A stretch of DNA of 64,000 nucleotides from Coprococcus sp. (GCA_050872265.1 JBNMGN010000009.1:26603-90602); one strand, 5' to 3'. Shown: positions 1 through 9,883, numbered from the stretch's first letter. The notes: generated by a model from the sequence alone, not told the origin. Program-made: numbers and translations.

Positions 1-14
1 GGTTAAGGGACAGG

Positions 15-1337
15 ATGAAGAAAAAGATAAATCTCAGGCTGGTGGTCATCGCCATACTTGCGATACTTGCCACCATGATAGGAATTACAGTTGTATATTA
101 TGGTCTGTTCAAGAAGCAGATAAGGCATGATCTGTCTGTCAGTGCCAAGCTTCTTAAGGATACGAAATATTTTGAGTCAGTGAACATAGACACGGATGAC
201 ATAGATCTTTCAACGGATATAGATGAGCTCAGAGTTACCTGGATAGCTGCTGACGGAACGGTGTTGTATGACAATGATGCAGGAGCTGAGGAGCTTGATA
301 ATCATGCAGACAGACCGGAGATAAAGGAAGCGTTTGAGACTGGTACCGGCGAGATCATGAGACAGTCGGATACGATGAAGAAAAATACATTTTATTATGC
401 AACACTTCTGGACAACGGAACGGTGCTCAGAGTGGCAACAGATGCGGAGAGCATGTGGGCTGTGTCTACCACAACGGTTCCACTTATATTGATCATCATA
501 CTGGTCATAGTTGCCATTTGCATTGCTCTGTCCCATATGCTTACAAAGCAGCTTATCAGTCCTATTGAGAAGATGGCAGAGAATATAGAGGATGTAAGCA
601 CAGGAACGCCGTATAAGGAGCTTAAGCCATTTGTGGATACCATAAGGAAGCAGCATGCGGACATACTGTCGGCGGCTAAGGCAAGACAGGATTTCACTGC
701 AAATGTATCCCATGAGTTAAAGACTCCTCTTACCGCCATATCAGGCTATGCAGAGCTCCTTGAAAATGGCATGGTTGGAAAGGAGCAGGAGAAGCATTTT
801 TATCAGGAGATCAGAAAAAATTCTGAAAGACTTTTGGCACTTATAAGTGACATCATCAGATTGTCAGAGCTTGACAGGAGCAAGAAGGAGCCGAAGTACG
901 AGAGCATAGACTTATATGATGTTGCAGAGGAGTGCATGGGCAATCTGACAGTGAGTGCAGAGAGCAGGAAGGTAAATATCAAGCTTACCGGTGAGCACTG
1001 TAACATTCACGGTAACAGTGACATGATCAGGGAGCTTATTGAGAACCTTGCCCAGAACGCCATCAGATATAATAATCCCGGCGGACATGTGACCATAATG
1101 GTCTTAAACAGAGAAAGGCCTACTTTGTTGGTGAAGGATGACGGAATAGGAATACCAGTATCCGAGCAGGACAGAGTATTTGAAAGATTTTACAGAGTTG
1201 ACAAGAGCAGATCAAAGGCAACAGGAGGTACAGGCCTTGGACTTGCCATTGTAAAGCATATCGTGGAGCTTCACGACGCCCAGATCTCCCTTGACAGTGC
1301 AGTGGGAGTGGGAACCACAATGAAGGTGGAATTTTAA
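15..1337 (+). CDS. Two-component sensor histidine kinase (PhoR/ResE-like)
   Basis: 440-aa ORF with two hydrophobic segments flanking an extracytoplasmic domain. HisKA H-box FTANVSHELKTPLTAISGYAELL; HATPase_c motifs AQNAIRYN, DDGIGIP, GGTGLGLAIV. The cognate response regulator is not in the window (presumably upstream). Confidence 0.9.
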   Translation: MKKKINLRLVVIAILAILATMIGITVVYYGLFKKQIRHDLSVSAKLLKDTKYFESVNIDTDDIDLSTDIDELRVTWIAADGTVLYDNDAGAEELDNHADRPEIKEAFETGTGEIMRQSDTMKKNTFYYATLLDNGTVLRVATDAESMWAVSTTTVPLILIIILVIVAICIALSHMLTKQLISPIEKMAENIEDVSTGTPYKELKPFVDTIRKQHADILSAAKARQDFTANVSHELKTPLTAISGYAELLENGMVGKEQEKHFYQEIRKNSERLLALISDIIRLSELDRSKKEPKYESIDLYDVAEECMGNLTVSAESRKVNIKLTGEHCNIHGNSDMIRELIENLAQNAIRYNNPGGHVTIMVLNRERPTLLVKDDGIGIPVSEQDRVFERFYRVDKSRSKATGGTGLGLAIVKHIVELHDAQISLDSAVGVGTTMKVEF

Positions 1338-1368
1338 AAGAAACTAAATTAAAAGAAATTAAAGAAAA

Positions 1369-1401
1369 CCTGTGGCTGACATGGAGCAGCCGCAGGTTTT
1401 T
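1369..1401 (+). terminator. Rho-independent terminator after the kinase gene
   Basis: Stem cctgtggctg / cagccgcagg (one G-U pair), 8-nt loop, followed by ttttt. Confidence 0.7.
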
Positions 1402-1514
1402 CGGTGAAGCCATCAGCAATACAAGAAATGTGAAGTCTTGTCAACAGAAATAATAATGAGGGCATACAAATCATTTATTTATAATAATTTTAGATATAAA
1501 TGTATACAGGAAAC

Positions 1515-1542
1515 TTGTTAATCTGCTATATTTGGGTATAAT
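1515..1542 (+). promoter_or_regulatory. Sigma-A-type promoter for the sufC-like operon
   Basis: TTGTTA (1515-1520), 16-nt spacer, TATAAT (1537-1542), about 50 nt upstream of the ATG at 1591. Confidence 0.55.
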
Positions 1543-1590
1543 ATACTAGTCAGATGATTCGATAAATAACAGATAGGGAGAGGCTTTTAA

Positions 1591-2331
1591 ATGCTTGAAC
1601 TAAGAAACGTGTCATTCAATGTGGATGACGATAAGGGACAGAAGGAGATAATCAGGGACCTGAGTCTTAAGATAGATGATGGGAAGTTTGTTGTGGTAAC
1701 AGGACCGAACGGAGGCGGCAAATCCACTCTTGCCAAGATCATTGCAGGAATAGAGACGCCTACATCGGGACAGATATTGTTTAACGGCGAGGACATAACC
1801 CATATGTCCATCACTGACAGGGCAAATGCAGGAATAAGCTATGCCTTCCAGCAGCCTGTACGTTTTAAGGGAATAAGGGTAATAGACCTTTTAAGGATCG
1901 CAGCCAAGAGCAGACTTTCCGTGGCAGAGGCGTGCAAGTACCTTTCAGAGGTGGGACTTTGTGCCAAGGATTATATTGAGCGTGAGGTCAATGCCAGCCT
2001 TTCAGGCGGCGAGCTTAAGAGGATAGAGATCGCAACTGTTCTTGCAAGAGGCACACAGTTATCACTTTTTGATGAGCCGGAGGCAGGAATAGATCTGTGG
2101 AGCTTCAAAAATCTCATAAGTGTATTTGAGCATATGAGAGAGACCATAAATGGCTCTATAATCATTATCTCCCATCAGGAGAGGATCCTTGATATTGCAG
2201 ATGAGATCGTGGTCCTGGCAGATGGTAAGATCGTGAAGCATGGCACAAAGGATGAGATACTTCCGACGATCCTCGGAACATCGGCAGCAGTAGGAAACTG
2301 TTCAGTATTTGACAAGGGAGGTAATCAGTAA
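1591..2331 (+). CDS. sufC: SufC-type ABC ATPase (Fe-S cluster assembly ATPase-like)
   Basis: Walker A GPNGGGKSTLAKIIAG, ABC signature LSGGELKRIEI, Walker B LSLFDEPEAGIDL. No permease partner. Stop overlaps the next start (TAATG at 2329-2333). Confidence 0.85.
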   Translation: MLELRNVSFNVDDDKGQKEIIRDLSLKIDDGKFVVVTGPNGGGKSTLAKIIAGIETPTSGQILFNGEDITHMSITDRANAGISYAFQQPVRFKGIRVIDLLRIAAKSRLSVAEACKYLSEVGLCAKDYIEREVNASLSGGELKRIEIATVLARGTQLSLFDEPEAGIDLWSFKNLISVFEHMRETINGSIIIISHQERILDIADEIVVLADGKIVKHGTKDEILPTILGTSAAVGNCSVFDKGGNQ

Positions 2332-3251
2332 TGATAGACGAAATTCAGAAGAGAATTCTTGAAGAAGTAGCAGACCTCCATGAGGTTCCCATAGGAGCTT
2401 ACAACATCCGTGCCAACAGCAGGATGGCAGCAAGAAATACAACTGCAAATATTGACATTGTTTCAAAGGAAGACGGTTCGGGCATAGATATAAAGATCAA
2501 GCCGGGAACAAAGAATGAAAGTGTCCATATCCCTGTTGTTATAAGCAAGACAGGAATAAAGGAAGTGGTATACAATGATTTCTTCGTCGGAGAAGATTCA
2601 GATGTGGTCATTGTTGCAGGCTGTGGCATACACAACTGTGGCAACCAGGACTCACAGCATGATGGAGTCCACCGCTTCTATGTAGGAAAGAATGCTCACG
2701 TTAAGTATGTTGAGAAGCATTATGGCGAGGGTGACGGTACAGGAAAGAGGATACTTAATCCGGGAACCGAGGTTTACATGGAAGAGGGATCATCCATGGA
2801 GATGGAGATGGTTCAGATAAAGGGTGTTGACTCAACGGTAAGGGATACCAGGGCAGAGCTTGCAGCCGGAGCGTCACTGGTGGTAAGAGAGCGTCTTATG
2901 ACTCACGGTGACCAGTCGGCAGTCAGCATATACAAGGTACAGCTAAATGGCGAAGGCTCCAGTGCAGACGTGGTTTCACGTTCGGTTGCAAGGGATAACT
3001 CATATCAGAAGTTTGACGCCAAGATAGATGGAAATGCAGCCTGCTCAGGCCATTCAGAATGTGACGCTATCATTATGGACAATGCAAAGATACTGGCTGT
3101 TCCACAGCTCCAGGCAAATAATATCGACGCAGCCCTTATACATGAGGCAGCCATCGGCAAGATCGCAGGAGAGCAGCTTACAAAGCTTATGACTCTCGGA
3201 CTTACAGAGGCAGAGGCTGAGGAGCAGATCATCAACGGATTTTTAAAGTGA
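2331..3251 (+). CDS. Short SufB/SufD-family (SufBD fold) protein
   Basis: 306 aa, coupled to the SufC-like gene. C-terminal region HEAAIGKIAGEQLTKLMTLGLTEAEAEEQIINGF is typical of SufB/SufD proteins. Confidence 0.8.
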   Translation: MIDEIQKRILEEVADLHEVPIGAYNIRANSRMAARNTTANIDIVSKEDGSGIDIKIKPGTKNESVHIPVVISKTGIKEVVYNDFFVGEDSDVVIVAGCGIHNCGNQDSQHDGVHRFYVGKNAHVKYVEKHYGEGDGTGKRILNPGTEVYMEEGSSMEMEMVQIKGVDSTVRDTRAELAAGASLVVRERLMTHGDQSAVSIYKVQLNGEGSSADVVSRSVARDNSYQKFDAKIDGNAACSGHSECDAIIMDNAKILAVPQLQANNIDAALIHEAAIGKIAGEQLTKLMTLGLTEAEAEEQIINGFLK

Positions 3252-3341
3252 TGATCATATCTGTAATGAAATGATATTTGATTAAAAGATCAGGGAAGAG
3301 ATACGGTAATCAATAGATGATATTTGCAGAGAAAAGGAGGA

Positions 3342-4052
3342 ATGAACATGTTTTATCATAGTTTATTTTACGATTCCACATACATTCTTGTTATAATCGG
3401 TGCAATAATAAGTGCTATTGCGTCATGGAATGTAAACAGTACATTTAAAAAGTACAGCAAGGTAAGGAACAGCAGGAATATAACCGGCAGACAGGCGGCA
3501 GAGATGATACTCCAGAGTGCAGGTATTTATGATGTGACCATAGAGAGGATAAGCGGTAATCTTACAGACCATTATTCTCCCAACGAGAAGGTACTGAGAC
3601 TTTCTGACAGCGTGTATAATGCCACATCTGTTGCGGCTCTTGGGGTTGCAGCCCATGAATGCGGACACGCCATCCAGCACCAGGTAGATTACGGCCCGCT
3701 TACCTTAAGGTCCATTTCAGTTCCTGTGGCACGTTTTGGTTCATGGCTTTCATGGCCTCTTATATTACTTGGAATAATATTAGGAAGAATGCCTCTGGCA
3801 GAGTTAGGTATAATCCTGTTTATAGGCGTTGTTTTATTCCAGCTTATCACACTCCCTGTGGAGTTTGACGCTTCAAAGAGAGCCATAAAGATCCTTGACG
3901 GCAACGGAATATTAGGCGGTGAGGAGCTTACCGGAGCAAAGAAGGTTCTTTCAGCGGCAGCAATGACATATGTGGCTGCACTGTTCACATCGATCTTACA
4001 GCTCTTAAGACTTGTGCTTATCGTTCAGGGTAACGGCAGAAGAAGAAGCTAG
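3342..4052 (+). CDS. Membrane zinc metallopeptidase (YugP/Zn_peptidase_2-like)
   Basis: HExxH motif AAHECGHAIQH with N- and C-terminal hydrophobic helices. AAGGAGG at 3334-3340. The start is ATG 3342 or, with better spacing, ATG 3348; the track start 3324 is a TTG upstream of the RBS. Confidence 0.8.
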   Translation: MNMFYHSLFYDSTYILVIIGAIISAIASWNVNSTFKKYSKVRNSRNITGRQAAEMILQSAGIYDVTIERISGNLTDHYSPNEKVLRLSDSVYNATSVAALGVAAHECGHAIQHQVDYGPLTLRSISVPVARFGSWLSWPLILLGIILGRMPLAELGIILFIGVVLFQLITLPVEFDASKRAIKILDGNGILGGEELTGAKKVLSAAAMTYVAALFTSILQLLRLVLIVQGNGRRRS

Positions 4053-4063
4053 GAGGAACGGTC

Positions 4064-4672
4064 ATGGCAGAGGGGAGAAAGGAAAGCACTGTGAAAAATA
4101 CCGGTGCCGGAAGAAAAGATGTAAAAAGACCGGTGTATGAGCAGAGCAGGGATAACAGATCAGGAAGCCCGACAACCCGTGGCAGAGCTGCAAGACTTGC
4201 AGCCAGACGCAAGGCCATTCGGAGAAAACGTATCATATTGGCTTCCGCTACGGTGGTTGTTCTTGCGTTGGTGGTGTTGATCATCTTTAGATTAAGCGGT
4301 GGCAGCAGCACAAGTGCCGGCAGGAGAACAGATGATATAGATAACACAACCCACATTGCACAGGCACTTTACAAGGTGTTCCAGAGTGAATCGGGAAATG
4401 CCAGCTTCAAGCAGGTATCCGGTGCCCAGAGCAAGTACGAGACCACATGGAAGGAGATACTTGACTCTGACACGGAATTTGCAGATACGGTTAAGGCAAA
4501 TCTTAAGGATTATGATTATAAGAACTACAGTGTAAGCTACGGAGATCTTAAGGGTGATACCTTCAGCATAGTGGTGTATCCTGAGAACAATGTGGTGGAG
4601 ATATATGCCGGAACTACCACAACGGCAGAATATATGGTGTATCCTGAGCAGGGTACATATTATGACAAATAA
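4064..4672 (+). CDS. Hypothetical single-pass membrane protein (basic N-terminal tail, one TM, extracytoplasmic domain)
   Basis: 202-aa ORF. Arg/Lys-rich N-terminus, hydrophobic segment ILASATVVVLALVVLIIF. No recognisable family motif. Confidence 0.6.
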   Translation: MAEGRKESTVKNTGAGRKDVKRPVYEQSRDNRSGSPTTRGRAARLAARRKAIRRKRIILASATVVVLALVVLIIFRLSGGSSTSAGRRTDDIDNTTHIAQALYKVFQSESGNASFKQVSGAQSKYETTWKEILDSDTEFADTVKANLKDYDYKNYSVSYGDLKGDTFSIVVYPENNVVEIYAGTTTTAEYMVYPEQGTYYDK

Positions 4673-4692
4673 ACATGGATATTCATACACGG

Positions 4693-4727
4693 GAGGAGCA
4701 GGAGGCAGTCTGTTCCTCTCATGTTTT
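4693..4727 (+). terminator. Probable rho-independent terminator
   Basis: Stem gaggagcag / ctgttcctc (one mismatch), 8-nt loop, then tcatgtttt. Confidence 0.45.
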
Positions 4728-4759
4728 ATAAGGAGAAAACTTAAATTTTAAACAGGTTG

Positions 4760-5683
4760 ATGTTTGGGAAAAGAGGTGTTGATTTGGAAAAATTAAAGAC
4801 GGCTCTGGTTCTTGAGGGCGGTGCCATGAGAGGCATGTATACCGCCGGAGTCCTTGATGTATTTGCAAAGGCAGGATTGGAGTTTGACGGAATAATAGGA
4901 GTTTCGGCAGGTGCGTTGTTTGGGGTGAATTACCTTTCAAAGCAGCCGGGACGAGTTATAAGATACAACAAAAGGTTTAACAGGGACAGGAACTATATGG
5001 GACTTCTCCCACTGTTAAAGACCGGAAACATCATAGATACAAAGTATGCCTATGAGCGGGTTCCGAGAAAGCTGGATCCCTTTGACAATGCAACTTATAA
5101 GAAGTCAAAGGTGCCTTTTTATGCGGTTGTTACCAATGTGGAGACAGGCAGGGCGGAATATATCCGGGTAAAGGATGTGTTTAAGCAGATGGATGTGCTT
5201 CGTGCTTCAGGCTCCATGCCATTTGTGTCACTGCCGGTTAAGATCGGAGATAAGCTTTACCTGGATGGAGCCATAGCAGACAGTATCCCTTATGAGTACA
5301 TGTTAAAGCTTGGATACGACAGACTGGTCGTGGTGCTCACAAAGGATCCGGGCTATGTGAAGAAGCCTATTAACAAGCTGCTGGTGGCACTTAAGTACAG
5401 GAGGAGATTTCCTGCATTTGCCCGGGCGGTTGCCGACAGGCACATAATGTATAATGGTGAGATGGACAGGCTTAACAGGCTTGAGAAGGCAGGGACTGCC
5501 ACAGTCTTAAGGCCTTCAAGAAAGGTTAAGATAAAGAAGACTGAAACTGATCCGGCGAAGCTTCAGGCACTATACAACGTGGGTGTTGGCGACGGAAAGA
5601 ACTATCTGAAGAAGCTCAGGGCAGGAATGAAACTTGAGGCAGAGAATAAGCTGATGACAGGAAATAATATCACAGAGGACTAA
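4760..5683 (+). CDS. Patatin-like phospholipase
   Basis: Oxyanion motif EGGAMRG, nucleophile elbow GVSAGA (GxSxG), catalytic DGA (LDGAIAD). ATG at 4760; the track start 4757 is TTG. Confidence 0.85.
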   Translation: MFGKRGVDLEKLKTALVLEGGAMRGMYTAGVLDVFAKAGLEFDGIIGVSAGALFGVNYLSKQPGRVIRYNKRFNRDRNYMGLLPLLKTGNIIDTKYAYERVPRKLDPFDNATYKKSKVPFYAVVTNVETGRAEYIRVKDVFKQMDVLRASGSMPFVSLPVKIGDKLYLDGAIADSIPYEYMLKLGYDRLVVVLTKDPGYVKKPINKLLVALKYRRRFPAFARAVADRHIMYNGEMDRLNRLEKAGTATVLRPSRKVKIKKTETDPAKLQALYNVGVGDGKNYLKKLRAGMKLEAENKLMTGNNITED

Positions 5684-5699
5684 GGAGCAGAGAACCGGA

Positions 5700-6413
5700 A
5701 TGATAAAAGCAGTAATATTTGATCTTGATGATACACTGTATGATTGTCTCCACAATGACCATAAGTCCATAGACGCTACGGCGGAGTATGTGGCAGATGA
5801 ACTTCTGCACATGGACAGTCGGGTGGTAAGGGACGCATTTTACAAGGGCAGGGAGACCATAAAAGAGCAGCTTTCATCCTGGGATATGGCTGCCCAGCAC
5901 AACAGGGTACTGTATATACAGAAAATGCTTGAGATACTTGGGGTATCCCCATTTAAGTATGCCATAGACATATATGACTACTTCTGGAACGATTTCCTTA
6001 ACAGGATAGAACTGTTTCCGGGAGCCCTGGACTTCCTTAAGTACCTTAAAGATCTGGGTATAAAAACAGAGATATGTACCGACATGACAGCCCACATACA
6101 GTTCAGAAAGCTTGAGAGGCTTGGCATAAGCGGTTATATAGACTACATGACCACCAGTGAAGAAGCCGGTGTTGAGAAGCCTGACACAAGGATATTCAAC
6201 ATGGCATTAAACAAGCTTGGGCTGCCGCCTGAGGAGGTCATGTATATAGGAGACAGTTACAGGAAGGACATTCTTGGAGCGAAGAAGGCAGGGACACTTC
6301 CGGTGTGGTATCTTTCCCTTGGAGACAGAAGAGCCGTGGAGGACGCAGATATCATAGCTGTGGAGGATTACGGAAAACTTAAAGAAATCTCCGCAGAATT
6401 TTTTATAATTTGA
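5700..6413 (+). CDS. HAD-superfamily hydrolase
   Basis: Motif I VIFDLDDTLYD; motif IV-like YIGDSYRKDILGAKKAG. Confidence 0.8.
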   Translation: MIKAVIFDLDDTLYDCLHNDHKSIDATAEYVADELLHMDSRVVRDAFYKGRETIKEQLSSWDMAAQHNRVLYIQKMLEILGVSPFKYAIDIYDYFWNDFLNRIELFPGALDFLKYLKDLGIKTEICTDMTAHIQFRKLERLGISGYIDYMTTSEEAGVEKPDTRIFNMALNKLGLPPEEVMYIGDSYRKDILGAKKAGTLPVWYLSLGDRRAVEDADIIAVEDYGKLKEISAEFFII

Positions 6414-6477
6414 TGATATAATGAGTGTTAGCGAGCGGGAATAAGCACAGCTTATTCATCGGGAGCGGCGAATGGCG

Positions 6478-6498
6478 ATCATGAACGAAGTTCATGAT
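6478..6498. promoter_or_regulatory. Perfect 9-3-9 palindrome, candidate operator upstream of the cupin gene
   Basis: atcatgaac-gaa-gttcatgat, immediately followed by ataat so that it overlaps a TATAAT-like box (catgatataatgg). No T-tract, so it is not a typical terminator. Confidence 0.4.
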
Positions 6499-6562
6499 AT
6501 AATGGAAAAGAATTTATGTAATAATAGAATGATCAGATGAAGATAACAGGAGGAATATAGAA

Positions 6563-6904
6563 ATGGCATTTATTAAGAATATTGAACATGAGAAGGTTAT
6601 TAAGCTTACAGATCAGGTACAGACACTTCCGGGACAGGTAGTCAGCAAGACCCTTGCCCAGAATAAGTATGTGAGCGTGACATTATTTGCATTTGCCAAG
6701 GGTGAGGAGATCGGAGCCCATGATTCCATCGGCGACGCATTTGTAAATGTACTTGAGGGCACAGGCAAGTTTACTGTAGGTGGGGTAGAGCACCTGGTCC
6801 ATGCAGGTGAGTCTCTTGTTATGCCTGCAAATATCATGCACGCAGTATATGGTGAGGAGGACTTCAAGTTCATGCTCACAGTAGTATTCCCTACAGAACA
6901 GTAA
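6563..6904 (+). CDS. Cupin-domain protein
   Basis: 113 aa with a cupin-like pattern (GEEIGAHDS ... GESLVMPANIMHAV). GGAGGA RBS upstream. Confidence 0.7.
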   Translation: MAFIKNIEHEKVIKLTDQVQTLPGQVVSKTLAQNKYVSVTLFAFAKGEEIGAHDSIGDAFVNVLEGTGKFTVGGVEHLVHAGESLVMPANIMHAVYGEEDFKFMLTVVFPTEQ

Positions 6905-6951
6905 ATAAAAGGAAAGGCAGGCCGGGTGTAGTCATCCGGCTATATATAATT

Positions 6952-7452
6952 ATGAGAAAAACATTGATAGTTGTGGATATGCAGAATGATTTCATAGATG
7001 GAGCCCTGGGAACGCCCGAGGCGGCAGCCATCGTTGATAATGTTAAGGATAAGATCAGGGCGTACAGTGAAAACGGTGGCGAGATAATATTTACCAGAGA
7101 CACCCATTACGATGATTACCTTGAGACAAATGAAGGAAAACACCTTCCTGTTCCTCACTGTATAGAGGGAACAAAGGGCTGGGAGATCAGGGAAGGCCTT
7201 GAGGTGGAGAATGCCACATACGTCAACAAGAATACCTTCGGGTATACCGGCTGGGGTGACTTCGATCTTGAAGAGGTGGAGCTTGTGGGACTCTGCACCG
7301 ATATATGTGTGGTTTCAAACGCACTGCTGATCAAGGCTGTCTACCCGGAGATAAATGTTACCGTGGATTCCTCATGCTGTGCAGGGGTTACTCCCGAAAG
7401 CCACAGGGCGGCACTTGATACCATGAGAAGCTGTCAGGTAAATGTTATCTGA
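6952..7452 (+). CDS. Isochorismatase-family cysteine hydrolase (nicotinamidase/PncA-like)
   Basis: LIVVDMQNDFIDGALG N-terminal motif; catalytic Cys context LVGLCTDICV. Confidence 0.8.
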   Translation: MRKTLIVVDMQNDFIDGALGTPEAAAIVDNVKDKIRAYSENGGEIIFTRDTHYDDYLETNEGKHLPVPHCIEGTKGWEIREGLEVENATYVNKNTFGYTGWGDFDLEEVELVGLCTDICVVSNALLIKAVYPEINVTVDSSCCAGVTPESHRAALDTMRSCQVNVI

Positions 7453-7503
7453 TCAGGATAGATCATATCCGATATAGAGGAAAATGTAAGGAGACAGAAC
7501 ATA

Positions 7504-8505
7504 ATGGAAAATAATGAAAATGGCTTTCAGGGGATAACAGACGCAGATCTTGAAAATGCCAGAACCATAGTCAAGAAGATAATGAGCTACTATAACAGCA
7601 AGGTGGTCAACCAGCCAAAGATAGGTATAAGCATACTGGCTGCAATGATATCAAACGGACATGTGCTTATGGAGTCCGTTCCGGGACTTGCCAAGACCAC
7701 AGCCGCCAGGGTTATGACCGAGGCTGTAAACGGAAGCTTTTCAAGGGTGCAGTGTACCCCGGATCTGCTGCCAAGTGATATCATAGGAACACAGATCTTT
7801 AACATGACCACCAACAGCTTTGAGAATAAGCTTGGTCCTGTATACGCCAACTTCGTATTGCTGGACGAGATCAACAGATCCAGTGCCAAGACCCAGAGTG
7901 CCATGCTTGAGGCAATGCAGGAAAGGGAGATAACCATAGGCGGAACAAGATATGAGCTGCCGGAGGTATTCGTGGTCATGGCTACCCAGAACCCTATTGA
8001 GCAGGAGGGTACATATGTGCTTTCCGAGGCCCAGCAGGACAGATTTTTACTTAAGTGTAAGATAGATTATCCGGACGCCATGAGTGAGCTGGAGATACTT
8101 AACAGGATAGAGGCGGATGTATTTGACAAGCCGCAGGCAGTTGCCAGCATAGAGGAGATACAGTACATGCAGCAGTTAAGAAAGCGTGTGTACATGGATG
8201 ACTCCATCAAGAAGTATATAATCAACATAGTTCAGGCAACAAGACAGGTGAACAAGGTGCTTCCGGCTAATCTTGCCCAGTATGTATCCATGGGTGCCAG
8301 CACCAGAGCAGCCATAGCGTTTATGGAGGCTGCAAAGGCAAGTGCCCTTATAAACGGCAGGAATTACTGCACACCGGATGATGTGAAGCTGTTCAGGCAT
8401 GAGGTCCTTGGACACAGGATAACCCTTAACTATGCAGCCATAGCAGACGGCATAGAGGAAGAGAAGATAGTAGACGCGATCGTAGGAGCAGTGCAGACAC
8501 CATGA
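7504..8505 (+). CDS. MoxR-family AAA+ ATPase
   Basis: Walker A-like ESVPGLAKTT, Walker B VLLDEINR, sensor region ATQNPIEQEGTYVLSEAQQDRF, C-terminal lid GASTRAAIA. Confidence 0.9.
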   Translation: MENNENGFQGITDADLENARTIVKKIMSYYNSKVVNQPKIGISILAAMISNGHVLMESVPGLAKTTAARVMTEAVNGSFSRVQCTPDLLPSDIIGTQIFNMTTNSFENKLGPVYANFVLLDEINRSSAKTQSAMLEAMQEREITIGGTRYELPEVFVVMATQNPIEQEGTYVLSEAQQDRFLLKCKIDYPDAMSELEILNRIEADVFDKPQAVASIEEIQYMQQLRKRVYMDDSIKKYIINIVQATRQVNKVLPANLAQYVSMGASTRAAIAFMEAAKASALINGRNYCTPDDVKLFRHEVLGHRITLNYAAIADGIEEEKIVDAIVGAVQTP

Positions 8506-9383
8506 AAATGAATTACATGGCAAGAGTTCAGGCAAACCTTACCAGAAGAGAAGTAATAAAAACAGACTATAAAAGCGGAAATGTCCTAGAGGGCACATAC
8601 GAGTCCCTTTTTAAGGGCAAGAGCATGGAGTTTGATGAGCTTAGGGAATATGTCATGGGCGACGAGGTAAATGACATTGACTGGAAGGCGTCAAGCCGCA
8701 GCAGAAGACTTCTTGTGAGACAGTATATAGCTGAGAAGAAGCACAATGTATTGTTTGTGCTGGACACCAACAGGCGTATGCTTGCGGCAAGCTCTGCTCT
8801 TGAGGAGAAGAAGGATGTGGCTCTCATGTGTGCCGGAACAATGGCGTATTTCGTAAATCATAACAATGATTATATAGGTGCCCTTTATTCCGGAGGTGAA
8901 AGCGTATCCTACATGCCCTTGAAGACAGGCATGGCAAATGTGGAGCGTATCCTTGAGGGCTACGATCACACCGTTAAGGAGGACAATCGTTCAAGCATGA
9001 ACGACACCATAGATTACATGGTCAGAAATCTTAAGAAGAGGATGATCGTGGTGATAATAACCGATCTTGAGGGAGCTTACGAGATCTCGGAGCAGAACCT
9101 GAAACGGCTTAAGGCAGCCTGTGACGTAATGTTTATCACTGTCAGCGATGTATCCCTTGAGGGTGATAAGCTGTATGACATGCTCCAGGATTCGTATATG
9201 GATGATTTCTTCCTTATGGATAAAAAACTTAACAGGCTTCTTAAGGAGAAACGTGCCGAGCTTGAGTCGGTAAATGGAAGAAAGCTTAACAGACTTGGCA
9301 TAACCAACACCATAGTCCATAGTGTGTCGGGACTTGGTGCGGCAGTAAGTGAGCTTCTTGAACGCCACCGACTTGGCAGCTGA
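8502..9383 (+). CDS. DUF58-family protein (MoxR partner)
   Basis: Motif REYVMGDEVNDIDWKASSRSRRLLVRQY. ATGA start/stop overlap with the moxR-like gene. Confidence 0.85.
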   Translation: MKMNYMARVQANLTRREVIKTDYKSGNVLEGTYESLFKGKSMEFDELREYVMGDEVNDIDWKASSRSRRLLVRQYIAEKKHNVLFVLDTNRRMLAASSALEEKKDVALMCAGTMAYFVNHNNDYIGALYSGGESVSYMPLKTGMANVERILEGYDHTVKEDNRSSMNDTIDYMVRNLKKRMIVVIITDLEGAYEISEQNLKRLKAACDVMFITVSDVSLEGDKLYDMLQDSYMDDFFLMDKKLNRLLKEKRAELESVNGRKLNRLGITNTIVHSVSGLGAAVSELLERHRLGS

Positions 9384-9409
9384 CAAGAACAGAACAACGA
9401 GGAACAGAT

Positions 9410-9883
9410 ATGGACGTAACAGTTACATTACAGGAGGATATGGCATATTGGATATGGCCTTACATAGCAGTGGGGCTTATAGTGATCTGTCCTATTATCT
9501 TCCTGATAGTAAAAAAGTTGATAGAAAAGAAAAAGACCAGGGCCGGTACCGTGAAAAAGCCCCTTACTCCTGCTGAGAAGGAGTCCTTAAGAGGTGAGTA
9601 TCTGGGCAGGATCGACAGCATATACAGTGAGTACAGGAACGGCAGGCTCAGCATAAGAAAGTGCTATCAGAAGCTTAGTTTATGTGTCAGAGGCTTTGTG
9701 ACAGCCTATACAGGTGTTCCTGTCATCAGATGTACCCTGTCTGATCTAAAACAGATGAGTACCATGGTATCCCTGGCAGAACTTATAGAAAATTACTACC
9801 AGGCAGAGTTCCCCAGACAGAGTGTCGGGGATGTGGACAGGACAGTAAAAGAAACTAAATGGGTGATACAGAAATGGATATAA
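9410..9883 (+). CDS. Small membrane protein of the MoxR/VWA operon
   Basis: 157 aa, one hydrophobic helix (WIWPYIAVGLIVICPIIFLIV). Sits between DUF58 and the VWA genes and overlaps the next gene. Confidence 0.55.
   Translation: MDVTVTLQEDMAYWIWPYIAVGLIVICPIIFLIVKKLIEKKKTRAGTVKKPLTPAEKESLRGEYLGRIDSIYSEYRNGRLSIRKCYQKLSLCVRGFVTAYTGVPVIRCTLSDLKQMSTMVSLAELIENYYQAEFPRQSVGDVDRTVKETKWVIQKWI

Noticed and set aside
4064-4110. A second VKNTG motif (ESTVKNTGAGRK) as evidence for a sortase-motif family.
   Set aside because: It lies in the N-terminal cytoplasmic tail, upstream of the only TM helix, so it cannot be a sorting signal. It shows instead that the pentapeptide can occur by chance, which lowers confidence in the motif call at 29100.
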